36,603 nt of DNA from a virus (taxonomy: Duplodnaviria > Caudoviricetes), in the IMG/VR virus record IMGVR_UViG_3300020042_002318, positions 1 to 36,603 of that record. One strand, written 5' to 3'. The notes beneath the pieces are model-generated. The model had not been told where the DNA came from. It saw only the letters and a program-made list of their open reading frames with translations, and made no database searches. Of this stretch, positions 26,156 to 33,502 are shown in pieces (the stretch's first letter is position 1; the number at the start of each line of letters is the position of its first letter). Both the position numbers and the translations under genes were made by a program.

Positions 26156-26200
26156 AGTCTATCCCTACCGCTAATGATTCGCAATAGGGATAAACCCTTA
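26156..26200 (-). promoter_or_regulatory. Early promoter with GGATAAACCCT box abutting -35
   Basis: TTGCGA-17-TAGACT on minus strand; box at 26188-26198. Confidence 0.6.
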
Positions 26201-26201
26201 A

Positions 26202-26378
26202 TTAAAAGTTATCGATGCAAATTAGTCTAAATTCTCTACCCTGATATTTATTGCGTAAGATTTCAATATCATGCTTTGCTAAATCGTAATGGTCAGTTGT
26301 ATAACTGTATTGCTTTACCCAAGTATCCTGTACTTGATTGTTTGCACGGATTAGGCTTTTAAGTTCAATATGCCACAT
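26202..26378 (-). CDS. First early gene, hypothetical (58 aa); not in ORF track
   Basis: MWHIELKSLIRANNQVQDTWVKQYSYTTDHYDLAKHDIEILRNKYQGREFRLICIDNF; AAGGAG RBS. Confidence 0.7.
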   Translation of the reverse strand: MWHIELKSLIRANNQVQDTWVKQYSYTTDHYDLAKHDIEILRNKYQGREFRLICIDNF

Positions 26379-26424
26379 GGTTTTACTCTCCTTTTGAGAT
26401 ACTGTTTATCAATACTACATACCT

Positions 26425-26470
26425 AGTATAACGGGTCAATGCTATAAAAAGATACTAGGATAAACCCTAG
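26425..26470 (-). promoter_or_regulatory. Putative first early promoter (TATACT -10, poor -35) with GGATAAACCCT box
   Basis: AGTATA at 26425-30; TAGGATAAACCCTA at 26456-69. Confidence 0.5.
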
Positions 26471-26477
26471 GTTTTCC

Positions 26478-26680
26478 ATTGTATTTAACTATCAAGATAC
26501 TATGTCGATAGTCTAATCCTATTGGTCTATGTTGCACTATAAAGGTGCATCATCGCCCCATACACTCACGCTATCAACCAACACAGGTCAATAGTATTTA
26601 ACTATGATGACAAGTAAGTAAGCACTCACTAACCTAGCACTATATTGGTGCAAGGATGATGTAAGTAAGTGCTAACTAAC
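26478..26680. promoter_or_regulatory. Cluster of palindromic protein-binding-like boxes
   Basis: AT(A/T)G-N7-CTAT at 26478, 26508, 26591; (T/A)GCAC-N7-GTGCA at 26533, 26636; 20-bp GTAAGTAAG..CT.ACTAAC at 26614, 26661. Confidence 0.7.
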
Positions 26681-26961
26681 ATAGGGGGGGAGGGGTAGTC
26701 TATGTTGTGTTATGTTGGCGGAGCCTCCATAGCATACAAAAAAGTAAAATAAGACTATGTTAATTGATAAAAAAGGGACATAGTCAATAATGATGTATGT
26801 TATTGATTAATAAAGAATAATAAAATAGGGACAGAGTCGTCGTAAATGCTCACTCCGTAGGAGGTCTTTGTTGTCCCCAGCGGAGACCTATATTGTCTAG
26901 GCAGACCCGCACAGTCGCTAGACGACTATGTTGTTTAATAACCACACTGTTAAAATATTAC

Positions 26962-26990
26962 TTGACAAAATCGTAAAAGTATGCTAAAAT
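26962..26990 (+). promoter_or_regulatory. Sigma70 promoter for terminase operon
   Basis: TTGACA-17-TAAAAT with extended -10 TG. Confidence 0.8.
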
Positions 26991-27222
26991 CGCCTTACAA
27001 GTTTAAGCAACACACTATAAAGAATCGTGTAAGCCCTGCAAGCAGTGAATTATTATAGCGCACTGTAGCAAAGGGGGATTAAAACCAAAATCCCCCCTGA
27101 TAGCGAACTGCTCAATCTTACGATAGCATACTATAGTAACTATAGGGCTTTGAATTTTTTGTTTGTCTAAGTAAGTGTGCGAACATCTTACTTTGTCTTT
27201 CCTTTAAGGATAAAAAGGCGTT

Positions 27223-27705
27223 ATGTTAGAAGTTGAAAAACAATTATCTACCGAAGATGCTCAGTCTTCAGACGAAGGTGGTGTCTTAAAAAAGAAGCGC
27301 CCCAAGCTGGTTAGACGAGAAGTTGTCGATGGTAAACCTGTTCGGGGTCGTCCCACCAAGAAGGCGATTGCAAAGAAAAAGAATCCCGGCATTGTGGGGA
27401 GACCGCCGGGCGACGCAGCACGAATAGCAGAGTTTAAAGCAAGACTGTTGGCAACGCATGGCGACAGCGTAATTGAAAAGATTATTCATACTGCACTACA
27501 AGATGGACACCCTGCACAGGGAGCAATGCTAAAGTTCTGTGGAGAACGATTGTTGCCTCTGTCTAGTTTCGAGGGCAAGACTAGTGGGGGAACACCGCAG
27601 ATTTCAATTAATATCAGCGGACTAACAAATCCAACGATAGAAGCAGAAGAAGTCATTGATAACGATGTTACTGATGTAACCATTAAGGACATCGATGAAT
27701 CTTGA
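27223..27705 (+). CDS. terS: Terminase small subunit
   Basis: Basic RGRP / VGRPPGD N-terminus, helical core, directly upstream of terL. Confidence 0.7.
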   Translation: MLEVEKQLSTEDAQSSDEGGVLKKKRPKLVRREVVDGKPVRGRPTKKAIAKKKNPGIVGRPPGDAARIAEFKARLLATHGDSVIEKIIHTALQDGHPAQGAMLKFCGERLLPLSSFEGKTSGGTPQISINISGLTNPTIEAEEVIDNDVTDVTIKDIDES

Positions 27706-28951
27706 TTTTAAACTGCTGAAGTGGCAGCAAGAAGTTTTTAAAGACCAGACCCGATTCAAAGTAATCGCTGCTGGTCGCCGTTGTGGTAAGAGTAGGTTGT
27801 CTGCAGTAACCCTATTGATTGAAGGGTTAAACTGTCCTGAAGGTTCTAGTGTGATGTATGTTGCACCAACTCTAGGACAAGCTAGAACGATTATGTGGGA
27901 CTTGTTGATGGACTTAGGAAAGCCTGTCATCAAATCCGCACACATCAACAACTTAGAGATTACTTTGGTAAATAACAGAAAAATCCTCATTCGAGGAGCC
28001 GACAACCAAGACTCTTTGCGTGGTGTGTCTTTGTCGTACTTGGTAATGGACGAGGTCGCTTTTATCAAGTCAGAGATTTGGGAACGAGTACTTCGTGCTG
28101 CTTTGTCAGATAAAAAAGGTAGAGCCATGTTTATCTCTACCCCATCTGGGCGAAACCATTTCTATGATTGGTTTCAATTAGGACAGAGTGGAGACGATGT
28201 AGATTGGAAGTCGTGGCACTTTACCACCGCTGACAATGAAACGATTGACCCTAAAGAGATTGAGGCTGCAAAGAGAACACTCAGCAGCTTTGCATTCGGA
28301 CAAGAATATCTGTCTTCCTTCAATAATGCTGGCGCAGGATTATTTAAAGAAGAATGGATTAAGTTTGGCGATGAGCCTGACATTGGTTCGTGGTATATTG
28401 CGGTAGACTTAGCTGGCTTTGAAGATGTCGCTAAAAGCGCTAACGCCACTAAGAAAAGACTAGACCAGTCCGCTATCGCAGTTGTAAAAGTAACCGATGA
28501 TGGTATTTGGTTTGTGGATAAGATTGAAGCTGGTCGCTGGGATATACAGACTACTGCACTCAATATCTTAAAGAATATTAGAGAGTATGAACCTCTAGCA
28601 GTTGGCATCGAGCGAGGGGCGCTAAAGAATGCAGTATTGCCTTACCTTAGTGATTTGATGCGAAAGAACAACTGTTACGCTCATATCTTAGATTTGACGC
28701 ATGGTAATAAGAAAAAAGTAGATAGGATTGTTTGGGCTTTGCAAGGTCGCTTCGAGCATGGACGAGTTATACTCAATGCTGAAGAAGACTTTGAAGAGTT
28801 TGTTGACCAACTACTAATGTTTCCAACCGCACAGGTGCATGATGACTTACCTGATGCGTTAAGCTATATCGACCAACTCGCTGTCACGAGCTACAGTATT
28901 GACAACGACGAAGACGATTGGCAAGCATTAGATGTGGTTAGTGGCTATTAA
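27695..28951 (+). CDS. terL: Terminase large subunit
   Basis: Walker A AGRRCGKS, YVAPT, Walker B LVMDE, ISTP, nuclease AVDLA and HDDLPDA. Confidence 0.96.
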   Translation: MNLDFKLLKWQQEVFKDQTRFKVIAAGRRCGKSRLSAVTLLIEGLNCPEGSSVMYVAPTLGQARTIMWDLLMDLGKPVIKSAHINNLEITLVNNRKILIRGADNQDSLRGVSLSYLVMDEVAFIKSEIWERVLRAALSDKKGRAMFISTPSGRNHFYDWFQLGQSGDDVDWKSWHFTTADNETIDPKEIEAAKRTLSSFAFGQEYLSSFNNAGAGLFKEEWIKFGDEPDIGSWYIAVDLAGFEDVAKSANATKKRLDQSAIAVVKVTDDGIWFVDKIEAGRWDIQTTALNILKNIREYEPLAVGIERGALKNAVLPYLSDLMRKNNCYAHILDLTHGNKKKVDRIVWALQGRFEHGRVILNAEEDFEEFVDQLLMFPTAQVHDDLPDALSYIDQLAVTSYSIDNDEDDWQALDVVSGY

Positions 28952-28963
28952 TAAAGGACTAAA

Positions 28964-30964
28964 ATGGCTGAAAATATGGACATGAACGAAAGCACTGTTT
29001 GGGAAGAACCTTCCGAATCAGATAAAGAATTAACTGCCTTTGTTATTCAACATTGCGACAGATGGAGAGATTCCAGAGACGAGAACTATTTAGAAGACTG
29101 GAAAGAGTACGAAAGAATTTTCCGTGGCGTATGGGCTGACGAAGACAAGACACGAGAGTCTGAGCGTAGTCGCTTAATTAGTCCAGCTACACAGCAAGCG
29201 GTAGAAACCCGCCATGCTGAAATCATGGAAGCTATCTTTGGTAACGGAGAGTTCTTCGACATCAAAGACGATGTTAGAGACTACAACAACAATCCGATGG
29301 ATGTTGAAGCCATTAAGGTACAACTCAAAGAAGATTTAGAAAAACATAAGATTCGTAAGTCGATTGACCAAATCGAATTGATGGCTGAGATTTATGGTAC
29401 TGGTATTGGTGAGATTATCGTCAAGCAAGAGAAAGAGTTTGTTCCTGCAACGATGCCAATGCCGGGCATGACTCAAGCAGCCTATGGCGTACAAGAGAAA
29501 GAATACTTCTGCGTTAAGGTTAATCCTGTTAATCCTAAGAACTTCTTAATTGACCCCAACGCTACCTCAATTGATGATGCGATGGGATGTGCTATTGAGA
29601 AGTTTGTGTCTATTCACAAAGTGGTTGAGGGCATGGAAAAAGGTATCTATCGTAAGGTAGACATCGGACCTGCTGGCAACGATGACGACTTAGAAGTCAC
29701 CCAAGAAGTTGTGCAGTACCAAGACGACAAAGTCAAACTCTTAACATACTATGGCTTAGTCCCAAGAGAGTACCTAGAGCAGTTAGAAAACAAAGATGAA
29801 GAAGTTATTGACCTCTTCCCTGAAGACAGCACTGCTGATACCTATAGTGGTTTAGTCGAAGCGATTGTTGTTATCGCTAATGATGGACTCTTACTCAAGG
29901 CTGAGAAGAATCCCTACATGATGCAAGACCGCCCTGTATTGGCTTATCAGGACGACACTGTCCCTAATAGATTCTGGGGTCGTGGTACTGTTGAGAAAGC
30001 CTATAATATGCAAAAGGCTATCGATGCTCAACTACGCAGTCATCTAGATAGTTTGGCACTGACAACAGCCCCAATGATTGCAATGGATGCTACTCGTCTA
30101 CCTCGTGGCTCACGCTTTGAAGTTAAGCCCGGTAAAGCAATCCTTACTAATGGTAATCCAGCAGAGATTCTATTCCCATTTAAGTTCGGACAAACATCGC
30201 CAGAGAACTTTAATACCTCCAAAGAATTTGAGCGTATGCTTCTAATGGCAACTGGCACATTAGATAGCCAAGGAGTAGTATCACAGGCTTCCAGAGACGC
30301 TTCTGGCGCTGGTATGTCAATGGCGATGGCTGGCATTATCAAGAAGTATAAGCGGACTCTGACGAACTTCCAAGAAGACTTCATGGTTCCGCTAATTAAG
30401 AAAGCAGCCTTCCGTTATATGCAGTTTGACCCTGAGCGTTATCCTTCTGTAGACATGAAGTTCATGCCTAGCGCTACTTTGGGTATTATGGCTCGTGAGT
30501 ACGAACAACAGCAGCTTATTGGCTTGTTGCAGACCCTTGGACCAAACACTCCAGTACTACCAATCATCCTTAAAGGCATTATTGGTAACTCTAGCCTGTC
30601 TAATAGGGCTGAATTGGAGCAAGCATTGACCCAAATGAGTCAACCAGACCCACAACAGGCTCAAATGCAGCAGATGGCGCTACAGATGGATATGCAACAG
30701 AAGCAAGCCACTACCCAGTCGCTACAGGCTAGGGCGCAAAGAGACTCTGCAGAGGCTGCTAAGACGGTTGTAGAGACCCAATTGATGCCAGAAGAGCTTC
30801 GTGCTAAGGTTATTAGTTCGCTTTCTACCAACATTGATGGCAAAAACCAAGAATCTGAGTTCGCTAAACGAGCTAAGATAGCAGAATTGATGCTCAAAGA
30901 AGCCGATATTAAAAATAAAGGCAAGATTGTTGAGCTTCAGATGCAAAAACAACAAAAGATGTAA
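28964..30964 (+). CDS. Portal protein (podovirus type, Gln-rich C-terminal barrel)
   Basis: 666 aa after terL; YGTGI, FLIDP, FWGRG motifs; Q/M-rich helical tail. Confidence 0.88.
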   Translation: MAENMDMNESTVWEEPSESDKELTAFVIQHCDRWRDSRDENYLEDWKEYERIFRGVWADEDKTRESERSRLISPATQQAVETRHAEIMEAIFGNGEFFDIKDDVRDYNNNPMDVEAIKVQLKEDLEKHKIRKSIDQIELMAEIYGTGIGEIIVKQEKEFVPATMPMPGMTQAAYGVQEKEYFCVKVNPVNPKNFLIDPNATSIDDAMGCAIEKFVSIHKVVEGMEKGIYRKVDIGPAGNDDDLEVTQEVVQYQDDKVKLLTYYGLVPREYLEQLENKDEEVIDLFPEDSTADTYSGLVEAIVVIANDGLLLKAEKNPYMMQDRPVLAYQDDTVPNRFWGRGTVEKAYNMQKAIDAQLRSHLDSLALTTAPMIAMDATRLPRGSRFEVKPGKAILTNGNPAEILFPFKFGQTSPENFNTSKEFERMLLMATGTLDSQGVVSQASRDASGAGMSMAMAGIIKKYKRTLTNFQEDFMVPLIKKAAFRYMQFDPERYPSVDMKFMPSATLGIMAREYEQQQLIGLLQTLGPNTPVLPIILKGIIGNSSLSNRAELEQALTQMSQPDPQQAQMQQMALQMDMQQKQATTQSLQARAQRDSAEAAKTVVETQLMPEELRAKVISSLSTNIDGKNQESEFAKRAKIAELMLKEADIKNKGKIVELQMQKQQKM

Positions 30965-30971
30965 AAATTAC

Positions 30972-31032
30972 TTGACTTTTTTATAAAGTTGTGGTAAAAT
31001 GCGGTTATAAATGTAAGTGAGTACTTACATAC
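30972..31032 (+). promoter_or_regulatory. Sigma70 promoter for head genes with downstream palindromic operator-like box
   Basis: TTGACT-17-TAAAAT (extended TG); ATGTAAGT-GAGT-ACTTACAT at 31011-30. Confidence 0.75.
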
Positions 31033-31053
31033 ATTCTCCAACAAGGACAAAGA

Positions 31054-31305
31054 ATGATAGATAAAAAACTACAAGAATACTATGAGAGTCGCTTTGCAAT
31101 GATGGCGACTCAAGGTTGGTTAGATTTGATGGAAGATGCACAGAATATGTTCAATTCCTTAAATCAAGTATTACCAATCCAAAACGAAGCTGATTTACAA
31201 CTAAAGCGTGGACAACTGGACATTCTCCAGTGGTTAATCAGCTTAAAAGATGTTTCAGAGCAATCCTACGAACAGCTCTTATCGGGAGATACGGCGAATG
31301 AGTAG
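31054..31305 (+). CDS. Small helical protein between portal and scaffold
   Basis: 83 aa, GW..L / RGQLDIL motif, AAGGA RBS. Confidence 0.7.
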   Translation: MIDKKLQEYYESRFAMMATQGWLDLMEDAQNMFNSLNQVLPIQNEADLQLKRGQLDILQWLISLKDVSEQSYEQLLSGDTANE

Positions 31306-31528
31306 GAAGTTATATGACTTTAAATGCTCAGAAGGACATATCACAGAGAGTTTTGTTGGAGATAAAACAACAGTAATTCGTTGTGAATGTGGTTTAGACG
31401 CTAACCGGATTATTTCTCCTATAAGAATTAGTTTGGATGGCACTGACCCTGTTTTCGTATCTGCCTACGATAGATGGGCGAAAAGGCACGAAGACAAACA
31501 GAAGCAAGAAGTAAAGCAAAACGCCTGA
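31298..31528 (+). CDS. FmdB-like Zn-ribbon protein
   Basis: LYDFKCSEGH...CECG...RIIS; GGGAG RBS before ATG 31298. Confidence 0.7.
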   Translation: MSRKLYDFKCSEGHITESFVGDKTTVIRCECGLDANRIISPIRISLDGTDPVFVSAYDRWAKRHEDKQKQEVKQNA

Positions 31529-31602
31529 GATACCTTTATTGGGAAATAAAGCCTCAGATTATTAATCCTAAAATCACTTGATTCGGTGACAGGAGACTTT
31601 AA

Positions 31603-32424
31603 ATGGCAGCAAATTTTATTCAAGAAGAAGAACTGTTTGAAAGCAATGAGCAAGAAGTAGTACAAGATGTTGCAACTCCAGAGGCATCTACAACCGATGC
31701 ACAACCTGCAGTTAAACAACAAGAACCAGTAGACGAGTTACCTGAGAAGTATCGAGGTAAATCCGCATCAGAGATTGCAAAGATGCACCAAGAGGCTGAA
31801 AAGCTCATTGGTCGTCAAGCAAATGAGGTTCACGAAGTACGAAGTCTTGCAGACCAGCTTTTAAAGCAACAACTCGAAGCTCGAACAAAAGAAACAGCGC
31901 CTATTGAAGAATCGCTTGAAGAAGACTTTTTTGTCGACCCTAAACAGGCTGTCAACAGACAAGTAGAAAAGCATCCCGCTGTAATTGAAGCTAGACAAGC
32001 AGCATTAGAAATGAAGAAGATGAAGACGGCACAACAACTGTCGGCTAAACATCCTGATTTTACCACTATCGCACAAGATACTGGATTCCAAGATTGGGTA
32101 AAGTCTTCAAAGATTCGACTGAACTTGTTTGCCAAAGCTGATGCAGAATTTGACTTTGATGCCGCTGATGAGTTATTAAGTACTTACAAAGAACTTAAAC
32201 AAATCAAACAGCAGACTCAAACGACTCAAACTGCAGCAGTAGAAAGCAAAGCTCAAGAACAAGCAATGAAGGCAGCTACAGTTGATGTTGGTGGTGCTGG
32301 CGAGAGTAGCCGAAAAGTATATCGTCGAGCAGACCTAATTAAATTGAAACTTACCGACCCTAGTCGTTATGAAGCACTGCAGGATGACATCCTAGCAGCG
32401 TACGCCGAGGGAAGAGTTAAGTAA
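31603..32424 (+). CDS. Capsid scaffolding protein
   Basis: Acidic N-terminus, LPEKYRGKS, coiled coils, C-terminal AYAEGRVK; precedes capsid. Confidence 0.85.
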   Translation: MAANFIQEEELFESNEQEVVQDVATPEASTTDAQPAVKQQEPVDELPEKYRGKSASEIAKMHQEAEKLIGRQANEVHEVRSLADQLLKQQLEARTKETAPIEESLEEDFFVDPKQAVNRQVEKHPAVIEARQAALEMKKMKTAQQLSAKHPDFTTIAQDTGFQDWVKSSKIRLNLFAKADAEFDFDAADELLSTYKELKQIKQQTQTTQTAAVESKAQEQAMKAATVDVGGAGESSRKVYRRADLIKLKLTDPSRYEALQDDILAAYAEGRVK

Positions 32425-32458
32425 TTTTAGACTTAATAATTAACAAAGGATATTAATC

Positions 32459-33415
32459 ATGGCAGCAGTAACATACCCCGGCGGTAGTACATCTATCGTC
32501 AACAAAACAGCAGCAGACAAGTTTATTCCAGAGATTTGGAGTGACGAAGTAGTAGCTGCATACAAAGCAAACTTAGTTCTTGCAAACCTCGTCCGTAAAA
32601 TGTCTTTCAAAGGCAAAAAAGGCGACACATTGCATATTCCTAAACCAACTCGTGGCACAGCAACGGCTAAAGCAGCTAACACTGCAGTAACCATTCAAGC
32701 TAACACCGAGAGCGAAGTACAAGTCCTTATCGACCAGCACTTCGAGTATAGCCGTTTCATCGAAGACATCGTCGAGACTCAAGCATTGTCTTCCTTGCGT
32801 TCTTTCTACACTGACGACGCTGGTTATGCTTTAGCTAAGAAAGTTGACGACACTCTCATCGCTTTAGGTAAGTCCTTTGGCGACGGTGACGCTTCTGACT
32901 GGGTTCATAGCAATGTGTATTACATCGACTCAAGCACTGGCTTAACATTGTACGCAGAAGATACCGTTGTTACTGGCGATGTATTTACCGATGCTGGTTT
33001 CCGTAAACTCATCCAGTTGATGGACGACGCTGATGTTCCAATGGATGGTCGTAAGTTTGCTATTCCTCCATCACTCCGCAACGCTATCATGGGTATTGAC
33101 CGTTACAATAGCTCTGACTTCGTTGATGGTCGTGGCGTAAACAATGGTCAAATTGGTAAGTTGTATGGCATTGATATCTATGTATCAAGCAATATGCCTA
33201 CTATCGAGACCGCTGCAGCTAACTCTGTTGGCGACGCAGTTAAAGCTGCTCTCTTATTCCATACTGATACTATGGTCTTTGCCGAGCAACTTGGTGTTCG
33301 TTCACAAACTCAGTACAAGCAAGAATACTTGTCGACTCTCTATACCGCTGATACTCTCTTCGGTACTAAAGTAGTTCGCCCAGAAGCTGGCTTCGTACTC
33401 GCTGTAAACGCCTAA
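32459..33415 (+). CDS. Major capsid protein
   Basis: FIPEIWS, GDTLHIP, GYALAKKVD, GKLYGIDIYVS, FGTKVVRPE; followed by terminator. Confidence 0.92.
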   Translation: MAAVTYPGGSTSIVNKTAADKFIPEIWSDEVVAAYKANLVLANLVRKMSFKGKKGDTLHIPKPTRGTATAKAANTAVTIQANTESEVQVLIDQHFEYSRFIEDIVETQALSSLRSFYTDDAGYALAKKVDDTLIALGKSFGDGDASDWVHSNVYYIDSSTGLTLYAEDTVVTGDVFTDAGFRKLIQLMDDADVPMDGRKFAIPPSLRNAIMGIDRYNSSDFVDGRGVNNGQIGKLYGIDIYVSSNMPTIETAAANSVGDAVKAALLFHTDTMVFAEQLGVRSQTQYKQEYLSTLYTADTLFGTKVVRPEAGFVLAVNA

Positions 33416-33425
33416 TATTGGCTCT

Positions 33426-33458
33426 CAAGCTCCTTAGCTACGGCTAGGGAGTTTGTTT
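33426..33458 (+). terminator. Rho-independent terminator after capsid gene
   Basis: CTCCTTAGC-TACG-GCTAGGGAG then TTTGTTT. Confidence 0.75.
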
Positions 33459-33502
33459 AAATGCATTCCATGAGTGTATTTAGACAAACATAGGAGATTA
33501 CT

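Noticed and set aside
26369-26380. Sigma54 promoter to partner the NtrC boxes (TGGCAT on minus strand)
   Set aside because: No TTGC at the -12 position and it lies within a coding start
26400-26420. LexA box (TACTGTTTATCAATAC..)
   Set aside because: Right half lacks ACAG
26828-26885. HDV-like ribozyme suggested by crossed GGGACA/TGTCCC and CTCCG/CGGAG pairs
   Set aside because: No P3/L3 stem, P1.1 or J4/2 catalytic C motif on either strand
26456-26930. CRISPR mini-array
   Set aside because: No identical repeats at regular spacing; no cas genes
27029-27150. Hammerhead (CTGATAG..CGAA) or pistol (AAGCCCT/AGGGC) ribozyme
   Set aside because: Core is not CUGANGA/GAAA, and pistol element order does not fit
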